Shown: one piece after another, positions 13,852 to 27,600 of the stretch | Layout of the letters: each line of letters begins with the position of its first letter | Position numbering within the stretch: position 1 is the first letter of the stretch | Translations under genes and position numbers: made by a program | Assembly: GCA_030141605.1 (NCBI GenBank) | Contig: JAQGDQ010000289.1 | Location: 62,001-126,000 of the forward strand | Direction: 5' to 3' | DNA: 64,000 bases | Origin: Tubiluchus corallicola | Taxonomy: Eukaryota > Animalia > Priapulida | Notes under the pieces: generated by a model | What the model was told of the DNA's origin: nothing | Database searches by the model: none | The model's input: only the letters and a program-made list of their open reading frames with translations

Positions 13852-13875
13852 GGCGTGCGCATTGCACTGCACGCC
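13852..13875. promoter_or_regulatory. Palindromic element with two opposed MRE cores (TGCRCNC) and two RCGTG motifs just upstream of hemerythrin 1
   Basis: ggcgtgcgcattgcactgcacgcc: gtgcgca 13855-13861 (MRE on -), tgcacgc 13868-13874 (MRE on +), 7-bp inverted arms ggcgtgc/gcacgcc; 62-85 nt before the ATG. Confidence 0.45.
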
Positions 13876-13936
13876 TTCTACATCAGTTGACAGCAGCTTT
13901 GACACTGATTAGCAGCGCTTGTTAACCAGAAGCAAA

Positions 13937-16900
13937 ATGGGTTTCGATATTCCTGAACCTTTCTGTTGGGACGAATCTTTCAGAGTCTTCGTGAGTATTT
14001 GCATGACCATTTAATTTAGATTATATTTAAGGGCTATAATTGCAATTCATGAGGCGTAGAGCACGTTCAGATCAGATTTTTAGTTTGAGCAAAACTGCGT
14101 GACGGCACGTGAAGAAATACAGAAAAAAGTCATCAGAAACTTGAAAATATGAGGACAATTCAATAAGCCTTATCAACTATTATAGTAACTATTTTTAGAT
14201 TTTCAAAATTTATATTCGTAGATCAGTACACATTACAGGTTCAACAAAAGTAGGCTTTCTCTGCAAAATGATTTTTGAAATATTTATGGAGATAAAGCTT
14301 TCATACTTTTAGCAAGCTTTTTGTTTTTCACGTAAAATAAGCAACGAGCGTACAATCAATCAATCAATCAATTAATTTTTAAAGTATTTGCCACATTTTT
14401 TGGTGCTAATTTACGCTGTTAAATTATTTATTGTTAAATTGTTTAATAATAGAACTAGAATTAGAGTACTAAAAGTTAGTGCAAACCGAATGCCAATTTA
14501 TAAACATTACCCCAAAAAAGAAAAAGGCTTCTATCCATCTCTGTAAATTATGTTCAGGTGAAAGATAAAAAGAAACAAGCGCAAGGAATTTATCAAAACA
14601 AAAATTTTGATTATAAATATATTCAGGAAATTGCTGGACAAGATCACCGATTGCCTTATTAGAATTTTCCCCCAATATTAAAGGATGCTTGCCCAACTCC
14701 CAATTTCAATTTAAAATGAAATTTAGTTGCCACAGGTATCCTGTTAACAATCCTAATCATCACAATATACGGGCTCATTTGGATCATCATGGGTCATCCC
14801 ATGAATTTTCGTGTTCATTTTAAATGAGTTCACTTCTCTCTAGGGAGGGTGAAAAAATTGGTGCCATTTATTGTTTTAATAACAACGTCATGAAAAACGG
14901 CCGTTTTAGGCTATTTCAGCCACGGATCAGAGATATGCCCTACTATAAATATGAAAACTGCCAATCTCATGTTAGGTGTTCTGTGCGGACGGAATTAGTT
15001 GCCGGGCAGCCCATTTTAGAGTTTTTCGGGTCCGGAAATAGGGCACGCGCTAATATTAACTTCACAAATCTGAGAATTGTCGGAATGTCGGGTATTTTAG
15101 AATGTAAATGTGAAATTAGTTTTTCTGGCGGATGGATCTACTTGTCCAGGCGAGTCATTTAAGGGTTTTCTGGCAGTCCAAATGGGACACATCATAATAT
15201 TAAACATAAACTCCTACATATTGCACGAAGATGGTTTTTGGCAGGCTGAATACAAACATATTTTTATTTTTACCGAACAAACAGACCTAGTCGCCCAAAT
15301 GGGCGATTTTAATTTCTTTTTCAGAAATCCAGATATGGGCCACAGTCACATATGTTTCATAGATTCTTAAAAATTAAAAGTAAGAGGTAAGTGCTAAATA
15401 GAAACTTGACAATAAATTTAAAACTGGACTAAACACTGTTCAAACCAGCTTGTGGTGATTCAGGAAAGGTTCGAAAATGGAACTGTATTTCGTTTCAATG
15501 CTAAAATCGGTTTTTGTCGTTTGTTTAACTGGGTTCGTTTTACTCTATAAAGTGTGAAAAAGGGGGAGCCATTCTTTCTAATGAATTTACTGAAAAAACC
15601 GGCTTTATTTTAAAAATTAAATAGGTCAATTGAAAATCGTATTATATGTTGTATAACCGTATATCGATGTTTGTGCCACATTCATTTTCAATACCACCTT
15701 TTCGAGAAAAATTAGGGTTAAAAATTTTTTATACTTTTTACTTTAAATTTGCACGTTTCGTAAGATATAGGTGAACAATTATGTCATAACTTGAAAAGAT
15801 AAAATGCTGTAGCAGATACGTGGCTATTACCCAGTACCTTTTATTCCGTTGCTTGAAAATAAGGACAAATATTTTTCAGAGAGACAGACCGACAGGCAGA
15901 CAGACGGGCAAACAGACAGACAGACAGACGGACAGGTTGACAACAGACAGACAGACATATTATAACATTCACTAACCTTAACACCTTCACCATTCCTACG
16001 TCACATGCCATTTAGCTCATTTTGGTTTTATTGGGATGCTCCAAATTAAGATAACCATGCAACTGCAGGCAACCATGACAAGCAGACACATATTCACAAG
16101 CCGTATTAACATGATATTTCAAAAAGCTATCAGAAGCAACCAGGAATAAAAATTGTTAACTTGACGTCAATTAATAACTGAAGTATTTTAGGACTTTGAC
16201 CTGCGTTGCCCTAAACTGGTCTGTAAATGTGTTTAGGCCATTTGTTTCTCAAAAATAACAATGTCAGATTCGTGTTCACTGTTCAGCACTGTTAAAAGCG
16301 TTAATAATTTTCAGGGTATGTGAGATGTGAGGTCTGTGACCCATCTGTGGGTCCTTAACAACCCTAAATTCACTAGTTCTGGCAACTAGGTCATTTGGTT
16401 CAGTAAAAACCAAATGTAAATTTGCATTCAGTATGGCAAAAAACCCTTTCTTGCAGTATTTAGCATTTTATGCCTAATATTACGATGTACCCCAGTTTGA
16501 GTCCCCAGATGCCTAATTAGGTTGCTCGTCTGGGCAAGTAGATACATGATACATCCACACAAAAAAACCAAGTTCATACTTGTATTCAGCATTCTAAAAT
16601 ACCCCATTCCAGTAATTTTCAGATTAGTGCACAAAATTCTTCGGGTCCCTACTTCTGGGCCCTAAGAAATACCCTAGAAAGAATGCTAGAGCAATGTTTG
16701 TCAGTTTTTGACGAAAAAACTAATAGTAGATTTGTATTCAGCATCATAAAAGCCCTTTCCTATGATTTTCAGGTAAGGGTATTTTACCTGATTATAGACA
16801 GTATTTTAATTGACTATAGCACATTTCCCGTGTCTATTAGTCAATTAGTTGGGCAGTTTTCTGATTTGGACCCAATTCAAAATGGCCCTCTAGAATGTCC

Positions 16901-19900
16901 TTAATGGGGTCGAAAAAGTGGCAGACGCAAGGAGCATTACTAATTACTTTAATTTCAGAGTAGACGAGCAAAATCTGAATATACTGGTATACCCATATTA
17001 TAGAGCCATTGTTTTCGGACCCAGTCCAAAAATAGGGCACACGTGGTCGGAGACGCCATCGTAGTCACGTCTTGTTTTGCCACTTTCAAAAATCAGACCA
17101 CTGTTGTAGATGCAATTAATGTGTCTATCTTTCCACAGGAATGGGAAATTCCAAGCTTTTTGCATAACGTAATAAAGTGTTTGTCTGTCTATCCAATGTC
17201 TTTCTAGTCATCTATCTATCTACAAGTTTGACTGTTCATCCGTCCGTTCGCCTGTCTATTATATAATTAGCTTCTTTTGTTTAATTGTTGGTTTACTTGT
17301 GCAATAGACTGACAATTAAATAGACAAAGTAGAAGTCCACCATTAACGGTGGAACTATTGCAAAAAAGTTTTAATTTGACAGCTATTTACTACAAGCTCA
17401 ATATTTTTCCAAGAACGCATTTTCACTAATTTAATAGAAATGCTAATAAAAACACTAACATTAAACAGAAATATACAAACGAAATAGAACATTAAATGGA
17501 AGAAAACCGTCAAGAAAGTGAACTGCAGGCAGACACTTTTTGACAACTTAACCGAGTCGTGCATGCGAATATTGGAAATCAAAAACGGCATGGTGTTGTC
17601 TGCTAAGCATTTTGCAGCACATTTCTTTGCACACACAGCCACTCCTATCACTCTATATGTATCTAATACTTTGCAATCACAATAAAATTGTGTATTGTAT
17701 TATTTTAGGTCTGATTTTTTAAAAACAAACGGCTGCCAGATTCACTGATAAAATACAGGAAAGTGCCTCGTATTCACCACATGCATCAATAGTTCAAATA
17801 AAGGACAGGAGTAGGTTTTTGATCGGAGCTCATTCAAAATCTTACGAACCACTAAAATTGTTGTTGTTTCAGTACGAAAACCTAGACGAGCAACATAAAG
17901 GCCTTTTTCAAGGAATTTTCGATGTTGCTGGTGACAAAGGGAGCGCCGGAAAACTAAAGGCTCTGCAAGATCGCGTCAGCACGCATTTCAACAGCGAAGA
18001 GGTACGTGCGAAGCTTGGCTTACCGGACGCATACCCATAATTCATCCTGTTGTCTTATCAGTTACATAACTTATATTCAACCACACGGCCACAAAAAAAT
18101 AAAATAAAATAGTTGAATTCAGCTAGCGCAGTGATTACATTGCAATAATATTGTTTTTTTGAGATTTTGCCTGATCGTTCCATCCTCTCACATTACCTGA
18201 CTTGAAGGAGTTTAACACATTACCTGAAGGAACACGCTTCCATTATCATCGCCTATGTCTTTTTTTCAAAATAATCAATGACTTAGTGCCCCACTATTTA
18301 AGTGCAATTCTGCCGCCAAAGGTAAACGAAGTTACCCCTTATTATATACGCAGTGGTACTAAATACAGAAATTTTAATTGCCGTTCTGTTAGCTGTGAAA
18401 AATCGTTTTTCATATCGACCATTAACATGTGGAACAACTTACCACAGAACATTCGTGAAATTACATCCATTTCACAATTCAAACAAGAGCTCAAATCTCA
18501 TTTAAGTTTTTCGTTGCGTAAGAAACATTTTTCGTTTGGTAAACCTCCAATATCAGTGCATCATACGCGCATGAGAATCGGATTTTCTCAGCACAACTAT
18601 GACCTTTTCTCTAAAGGCTGTAAAGATAATAACGGTCATCCAATATTGCCGAATTGTAATTGTGGATTTCGATTTGAGTCTGTTGAACACTTTTTGTTGC
18701 ACTGCCCATTGCATCAACTAGCTAGGGTAATTATGTTTGATAAATTAAATGAAATACTTCTGCCCGAAAACCTTAATATAGCTGCCTTAGGAAATAATGA
18801 CCCGTTGAAGTTGTTATTATTCGGAAAAGATGAATTTAACTATGTTGCTAATTGTAAAATATTTCAATGTATACATGACTTTATAGTACGTACTAAACGC
18901 TTCCAGTAGTTTCTATCTGATATAAAATGCATCGTTCTTAAATAATCGTACATTAATATTTTCTAACCGTCATTTTCTACTAATGTCTAATGTATCCCTG
19001 TAGTAACACTTGTCAGCTTGTGTAGTTATAGTCTATTCTTACTGTAAATGTTCTTGTAAATAGTGTATAAAGTCTGTTGTGGTGAGGATCCTAAATCATG
19101 TTGTACAAACTGTCTGATCCAATCCTAAATAAATTATGTTTAAACTCAGGAGCTTAACTTAAAGAATTAAAGTATTTTCAAGCCTTAAATCCACTTTATT
19201 TGGCGCACAAAGTTCATAGTAAAAGAAGTCTGTTTGATGCTTGTGTAGCTTTCGCAAAAGCCACTTGTATTAAGAAGCGAATTAATACCCTTGATCAAAA
19301 CCTCCAGGTATAGAACGAAAACGAATGAGGATAATCATTTCACTCATCTACAAAACAAATAAATCTTCCTACACTATCTTGTGATATTCAGTTTTACGGT
19401 ATATTTCACTGTGAGCAAAGCTGTAATATTATATGAGTATGTGTGACAGGTGAGATGATTTGTTAGCTGAGTTCTCTAAACGTTTTCTCATTAGAAGCTA
19501 GAATGAGTCTGAATAACGCTTAAAATAGCTTAGCAGAAAATTCATTTTCGGTGATAAAATTTCCAGTAAAGCCGTGCTGTATGGATAAACTGTGGGACGT
19601 GTGTAGAAATAGGGATGAAGTTGTACATTTTTCACAGTTGGATAAGAAGGGCACCATTCGTTCAGCTACTGGACGGACGGAGGTACCATTCGCAGTTACC
19701 AATGGATGCTAACATAGGGAAGCGATTTTGCAACGGCATGTCTTACTAATTCACCTGATGTAGTTCGGTTTCAGTGCTAGGCACCTGTTAATCTATGTTG
19801 GTTAGTTAGTTTGTCAGTTCACGGGAAGGTAGGTAGGTGGATGGAAGGCTTCTTTACTACTGCTTCAATTTGATTGGCTAACTGTCTGTGATTGTCTTGT

Positions 19901-20937
19901 AAGCTTATTGGCAGTCTGACTGACTGGCTGTCTGTCTGACTGAGTGTTGGCTGACGGATTGACTGGCGAATTGATCGGCTGACCAGTCAACCAATTCGCT
20001 AAGTAACAAACCAGGTGGCCAACTGATCCAGGGCCAGTTCCGGAGGTATTCACTCGCCAAGAATTTAGTCTCTTGATACTTGCTTAAACCATTCTGACTA
20101 AACTTTAGTTTTATAAAGCGAGCAGGCCCTGTGGCTAATTAATCGAAGAACAGATTGACAGGCGGATTGGTATTAAAATGGCATTAATTATGTATGTTGA
20201 CTAATTTGCAGGAAATGATGGGTAAGGTTGGTTACGACGGGCTGGCTTCACATAAGCAAGCTCACGATGAGTTTGTAGCTAAGCTGAGCGCAGTCAAAAC
20301 TCCAGTGTCTGATGACGTCATCCTCTTTGCTAAAGATTGGTAAGTATTCCCGAATAATATAATAAATTTAGTTTAATACTATGAAAGACATTCAACCAGT
20401 ACAGTCATCCATAAATATTTGACCATAAGGGTAGCTAGAAATAAAACCTGTAGCGCTAGCAATATTAGCATTTTTGTGAGAAAGTTTATGTAAAGCTGGT
20501 ACTAAAATACAGTCGACGTAACCTTTAACAAGCCAGAGAAACTTAAAAATCACAAATTATGAGGCAGTAAGACCACAGATTATTTAACGAAAAATAATAA
20601 AGTTTTATGGCAAGTTTTTTGTGGTATCTTAAAAAAGGGAGACAGACGAATGAAACTGCTATGTCGTGTAAGCAGAAGAGATTTACACAAAACTGTTAAG
20701 TGATGTTATAATTGACCGAAACGAAAAGTTTACTCGAACTTATGGTTTGTATTAAACTGAATAATTACGAAGACTGTGGAAGCTAAATTAACAAAGTTAT
20801 GGCGAGAAAGTAATAATTGTTAAGAAAGGAGATCCAAATATAAATCAATTTTTTAATCGAAGTAATGAATTTTCTTTCTTTTCAGGCTTGTCAACCACAT
20901 TAAAGGCATTGACTTCAAATACAAGGGAAAGTTATAA
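13937..20937 (+). CDS. Hemerythrin (myohemerythrin-type) 1, 120 aa, 4 exons
   Basis: Exons 13937-13990 ([18 protein letters not shown]), 17873-18001 ([43 protein letters not shown]), 20212-20339 ([43 protein letters not shown]), 20886-20937 ([16 protein letters not shown]). All introns GT-AG, phases 0,0,2. Iron ligands H26, H56, E60, H75, H79, H108, D113 present. The C-D loop length is of the myohemerythrin type. Confidence 0.96.
14453..17060. mobile_element. Composite interspersed repeats (Helentron/HINE-like and related DNA elements) in hemerythrin 1 intron 1
   Basis: Starts aactaga; has an (ACAG)n tract at 15880-15955 and a diverged direct repeat cccat..tagag..ttttcgg..gtcc..aaatagggcac at ~15010-15050 and ~16992-17045. 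Confidence 0.4.
18190..19145 (+). mobile_element. 5'-truncated CR1/L2-group LINE (ORF2 C-terminus plus 3' UTR) in hemerythrin 1 intron 2
   Basis: ORF 18202-18909 has [39 protein letters not shown] and the CCHC finger [15 protein letters not shown]; 3' end aataaattatgtttaaac. Confidence 0.85.
19790..20030. repeat. Degenerate (GACT)/(GGTT) tetramer array
   Basis: Low-complexity tetramer repeats. Confidence 0.75.
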
Positions 20938-22562
20938 GTCTACCATGCACTGCCATGAAGAAATTTACAGCGGTAGACCATGGCGCTTCAAAAAATTTCG
21001 CTACTGATACCAATAACTTAACCTGTTGCAACCAAGCAAATTCGGATTATCAGTTCTGAGTCATTATCAAAATCGTAGTATTTGTGAATGGAATATTAAA
21101 AGAGTAACAAATTTAATAAAGAAGCCAACGAAGAAAATAATGTAGTTCTTGTAGTTCTGTGGTACATCTGTAGTTCTGTACTACAAAGTACATATGTAGA
21201 GTTTTTGCAGAATAACACATCTTAAAAATTGAGAAAATTTGATGCGTAAATGATTCTAAGAAAAACCGAGTAAAATGAAAAGAATATGTTAGAATATGCT
21301 CATGTTTTCAAAAATATTTTTGTATTGTAGTCATACTATTCTAAATTTGAATTTTTTGCTTAAAATGGTTTGCTGCCTATGTTAGACTAAATAAAATTGT
21401 ACTAATGCATCAATTTAGCCAGAACGCTATAGGCTTATATTATATATGGGCAATATTGTCAAATGACTTTGCATATGCATTAGAATTTAACTGAACATAA
21501 ATGTGTCTACTTTTAAATTTAATCACAGTAAATTTAGCGTTACTTTGTATTGTGATTTGACACTAATCAGCTAAGATATAGCAGATCCCAATGTTTTAAT
21601 TTGTTTTGATGTTGTAGCGTAAGAAATCTGTCTACATTTTAGTGTTCATGGAACTTAGAAAATAAATAAATTTCCTGAAGCGCTTTCACCACTGTGTTTA
21701 TTTTCATTTATTCCAATGACTTTTTGTTTTACTGAGAACGTCTGTATACATGCAATAGTTTGCTTTAAAAACTAGGAAGTCCTAAAACCTTTCTTGCACA
21801 TTGGTACTTTTTCTTTTAATCAGTGTTAAATCCCCTTTTAATAATTGGGCTTAAAACAGTACTCCACGTGAGCGTCCTGCGTGATGCGTATTGCGTATTG
21901 CGTAATCGATGTATTTAAACGCTCACCACAATAATTTCACCTATAAGCTACTGAATCTTCAACAACTTTTGTCAGACTTGGGATAGTTTTCGCCGGAAGT
22001 GAAGAATATTGTACCACCTAGTAACATAGCGGATGACAGGGCCTTTTATTTCCTGTTTTTAAAACAGGAAATGTGTTTTATATTGCTTACTGCATACATC
22101 TTGTTAAATAAGTATATATCACGGTAAACTGTCTATTCTTTTTACAAGATGCACTACTAGCAAACAAAACATTAATTTCTTTTGATGCGCTTTTTCAGAT
22201 TTTTTTGAACATTGCACTACTAGTCTGTACATTTGTCTAAACATCTGAACATTAATACGTTTAATTAGTGCTACTGGATGAGCGAATTATTAAACCTCTC
22301 AGAATAATGCGAATCTATTTCTACTCATAATTTTATCGATACGAATACACTCAAGTAATTATTTCAACAGAGATTCTTCATAACAACAAGGAGATAATAT
22401 ATCGTTAACATATAACATATTCGTTTTTAATATAACGTATTAGTTTTCTGTACATCGTAAGCACTTGCGGCCCTTTCATTTGCAGCCCGATAGCGTCTTA
22501 ATGCCCGAGACGAAGGCGAGCTGCTCGCAATGCCGAAGAAAACTGGTGTTAAATACTAGGCC

Positions 22563-22710
<148 letters not shown>

Positions 22711-23699
22711 ACGTGTATTGTTAATACTAACTTAATTTTAAAACTGGATAGATTTATAAATCACAAATTCCTTGTCTGACGTAATGCTATTAAAATGAGT
22801 AATTTGTCTTTACCACTTTTCCATTGTTTTTAGTAGCTTCAAGTTTCAAGCCATTGATGGCCCGTAATTATGAGAAACTAATAACGTGCCAGCAGTACCA
22901 TAGTTGGTAATAATGACGGGCCAATAATGGTCATGAGTCCGCCATTGACATCATACGATTTTCATTTACGACAGCCGTTGTTTAAATAGTACCCGCTTAC
23001 TGAACACTAATGTGCAGAGAATACCCCTTGTAAATTATGTAATAATTATTATACTTAAAAAAGAAAGAATGTTAATTAATAAAAATGAGCAGTGTGTTTC
23101 AACTTATCTGTGATTTGTAAACCTATGGAAATTTTGTTTGGGATGAAAAGGATTTAAACTGAACTAACAAAAGTTTCCCCCAAAAAAACTGCATGGCAAA
23201 AGGAATACTCAATAGGTTGGAAGCTTGCAAACATACAAAGGAATTACCATTAAATGTACAACTTGAAACACGCACAATAGACCAAGAGCGTAGCATAGTA
23301 GTTATAGCATTGCATCAGTGCAATTAAACAACACAGTAAAGATAACAAAAATTCTACAAGAGCATAAGTTGTATTACAATACTACAAACTAGTCTGAAAG
23401 TGACTCGTTAAGAATAGGCTATTTCACATACAATCAGTGAATAAGTACTCGGTAATACTCTAGTCTTTTTGTGTCCAAAATTTCATAAATCGTACATTGT
23501 GTCTCATTCAGGGAGAGACACAAATGTATTGGTCATTGAAGCGAGGTGTAAGATCTTGCGTTACAAGGTCTACTTTACGTAAAATCTTACTATTACTCAC
23601 ATTGTTTATGACTTATAAGCATCAGCATCACTCCATCACTCTCCAGGAGTTCCTTCACCTTTCCTTATTTAAATCATGCTAAGAAATAGTAGGAGTGTA

Positions 23700-23816
23700 C
23701 AGCAGGAAACGCTAGCTATAAGCGTGTTTTCCGGCGGTCACTCTTGTTTTTACTTACTAGGCCTGGCGTTGCTTAACTTTCGTCGTTAAGTACACACACG
23801 TGATCATATCTGTGCA
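23700..23816 (-). mobile_element. 5S-rRNA-related SINE fragment (copy 2)
   Basis: Minus strand gaaagttaagcaacgccaggcctagtaagta..gagtgaccgccggaaaacac closely resembles the 5S box A-IE-box C region. Confidence 0.65.
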
Positions 23817-24696
23817 AAGACGAATTTATGAAGTCATTTGTTGCATTAGTGAGCGTACACATACTACCTAATTAAAATATTCTTGTATACATAATACTAT
23901 CACATCACAAAACTAAAAAATTCTTACCGACAAGTAAAACAGTTAATAAATAAGTCTGTAACACGCGACTTTATTTCGTCCATGAAATATGCACAATCTC
24001 TTTGCTGATTTAAACAATTTTTATAATGAGGTAGAATTTAGTTTAGACATTTTTTAATCATCGAAGAAATGAGGTCAGAAATTTTTGTCCCGCATAACTC
24101 TTTCTCTAATTTAATAGACTCATGTACTACATTACCGAGCGTTACACAACATTAATCACTACGGACATTGGATATTAATAGTAATATGTGTAAGAAGTTA
24201 GTAAGAACATGAAGTTAATTTTTTGATTCTTCAGTCGTACGGAAATTGTGTCGGTCTTTATTATGGCAACCACAGCTAGTGCTCACATTCTGAACAATGA
24301 CTGACTGAGCCATTGTGGTAAAACAATGCCGAGGATGCGCGCCAAATCAGTGGAGCGGTCGAAATACCATAGTTGTATCTGTAGGGAGTCCAGCTTTCCC
24401 GAAATAATAATAATTGACAAATTTTATCAGTTTTGTTTACGTTGGATGTTCAAATGAATGATAAACAATGTCTAGTTCTGTTTGCGGCTAATTACAAACT
24501 AACTTCTTTGACAGAATTGTAAAGACACCATTGCGCTACTCGTTTCACTTTTCGACCTCTTCCCAATTTGATTCAGCTATAATGATGTGTTCCAAAATGA
24601 CAAAAGTTTCGAAACTCGTCTCTTTCCGAGTTTGTATCGGACTTGTAATAGTGTGTAGAGTGAATTTCGCAACAGTTATCCTTGTTTTACTCAAAG

Positions 24697-27600
24697 ATGG
24701 GTTTCGATATTCCAGAACCATTCTGCTGGGACGAATCTTTCAAAGTTTTCGTAAGTAAAACTAGAAGTTATCAAAAGGCACTTGAAAGAGGATCGTTTAC
24801 AGATAGTTACCATGTAGGTCCTTATTTCTTAGGATAAGGTAGTTTTTGGTAGATTTAAAATCATATAAGCAGGTAGGTGGATAAAAGCTAATTTTAAGCT
24901 ATAATTCATTTGCCTGTCAGCTATATTATTATTATTATTAAACACACAGTGCACACAATAGCTTGTATCTATTTTTAACTGACAATGACAGTTTTAATTG
25001 AATCCGCTAAACGGCTGTGTTCTCTTTTTCAGTATGAGAAGCTAGACGAACAACACAAGGGACTTTTCCAGGGAATATTTGACGTGCACGCCGACAAAAA
25101 TAATACTGGAAAACTAAAGACCTTGCAGGATCGGGCCAAAGAGCATTTTACAACAGAAGAGGTGGGTCGACGTAATCATTCTACTTGGCGTTTTCTTATA
25201 TTTTTATAATACTTACTTGCGAAGTCTAGAAGACCTAACCACAACACGGTTATTGGCGGCCTCTCCTCAACAATTTGCGAAATTGCGGCAGATTTGATGC
25301 GTCAACTGTCACTATTAAGTGAATTCCAAGGGCCCACAACACGAACTGAGATTTGATATTAGTGCGAGAGTATTGTACAAATAATATAGAATTGTGTCCA
25401 GGTAAATCACGTAGTGGTCTAGAAAAAAATTTGTCACTACGCAAAATAGAACTACCAGTACTACTAATGACTTTATAACAGTTAATAAGATCTATAGTAT
25501 CACGGCGTTGTTTAAGAGAAGATACAGAGTCGGGTTGAATATCAGAGGCCAGACTAATACATCTCCATTGAGTTTTTTCTAAAGCATTTTAAGAGCAACA
25601 TACTGTGGTGACCAAACAACGCACGCATATTCTAGTATTGGCCTAACTACAGCTTTATAAAGAGATACAATAACTTTTGCACTACGTGATGAAATGCAGC
25701 GTTTTATCATTCCAATGCGTCTATTGGCCTGAGAAATAATATGCTCAATATGTGAATTCCACTTCAGGTTGTTTGAGATTAATACACCTAAATCACGTAC
25801 AACTGATTTTCCTTCAGTATCACCGTCTCTCAGATAATAAGGCATTGCAGAATTAGAACGAATACTTAGTGCGCTGCATTTACTACGTTTGAGGGACATT
25901 AAGATAGTTGTCACACCACCGCTCAATTTCAGACAGGTCAGCTTGTAAGATCTCTTGATCAGAGGAATTTCTAATTGGACGGTAAGGTTTTATATCATCA
26001 ACAAACTGTGGTATACGTGTGTCAGGGGATACACAATCAGTAACATCATTGATAAAAATAAGAAAACAATAATATGTATAGTTCAGGTTGGCAATGTTTT
26101 ACGCTGAGTGGCGAAGGCACAAAATTATATTAGTACGATGTTTTCAATCCATAGTTTGGATAGAAAAGGCTATAATTTTTGTTAGCCACAGCTCTGTTCA
26201 CAAGACAAGTCCATCGCCATGCATTAGGATGTCATCATTCAATTTTTTAACATAAATTTTCAGTATGACAGTTGAAAAAGTTAGCTTAACACAAAAAATC
26301 GCACATAATTTAATTCTTAATTTTGTTATTAATCTAAATTATTTTTTTATTAAAAATTGCACTGTTGTCTTACAATCTGTTGCATTGCATGCATCATTTT
26401 CATTTGTATTGCACATGTTTGTTAAACACACTTTGCACGTATGTATAAGTTACAATTTTATTTATAATTACAAAGTTACTTATTTGATACCAATGTTAGA
26501 AACTGCCATATAATAGATTGTATTAAATTATTTTAAGACGGAAATAAAAATTGCAAGAAAATCGCTTTTTTCAAATAGCTCTTTTCATTTTTTGAAGTCC
26601 CTATGTGGATGAAACCTCTTTTAGGACATGGATATGTAATCATGTAGTTCTCCAGAAGCTATAAATATTGATACAAATACTTATAGAAATGCAGAAAAGT
26701 TAAAGTGGCTGTGTGGTCCAGGATGGCTGAATAAAAACTTGTAGAACAATGCAACGTAGAACTTCTGCAACTCCCCTTTATTAATTACCAAGCGGTATAT
26801 TTACGCAAACTACAGATGTGCGATTTGGCAGTATTATTGCCATATTGGCGTCTTGGAGATCTTACTCTTTTTTGTAACCACATTGGTTTGACTCATCCTC
26901 CTCTTACACTGGCATTAATTTGATTAATTAAGAAATAAGAATACAGTAATAAAATGTCGCTATATAGCAAATCTTTGTTGTGGCTGTCGTTGTTGTTATC
27001 AACAATATAACTGTGATTTCTATTTCATTTTAGATTATGATGGACAAGGTTAAATTTCCAGGTCTGGCACCGCACAAAAACGCGCATACTGAATTTAACA
27101 AGAAACTGGCTGCAGTAAAAGTTCCAGTGACGGATGACGTCATTAACTTCGCAAAAGACTGGTAAGTTCGTCGCCATCATTCTATTACAGGAGGACTGAA
27201 ATATTACTGAATAATGTCAGTTAAACTGCTTCTTACTTTACAGTAATAACATTTATTTATTTATTTCTATCTTATTTGTTTAATTCAGGGGGTATTCTTA
27301 CATATCTGTTTCACTAGTGTGTGTACTCAATGAATGTTTTATTTTGACTATGCATTTTATAATTTGTTGTCGTTTTGTTTCTTTATTTAATTCAGCGAAT
27401 ATTTTGTTTCTCTAGTGCAGTGAATGTTTTATTTTGTTGTTATGACTTTCATAATTTGTTTTTCGTTGTTTTATTTCGTCTAAATCGATGGGTGAAAGTT
27501 TGTTTAAGATTTTCTAAAAATTGTGCCCCCTCCCAGTGTGTGGTTTGTACAATTTCCTGTTAGCCACGTACACTAAGCACCAGATGTCTGCCCACATTGT

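Noticed and set aside
13860-13936. Iron-responsive element in the hemerythrin 5' UTRs
   Set aside because: No CAGUGN loop with a bulged-C stem on the sense strand of either gene; the CAGTG here is on the antisense strand.
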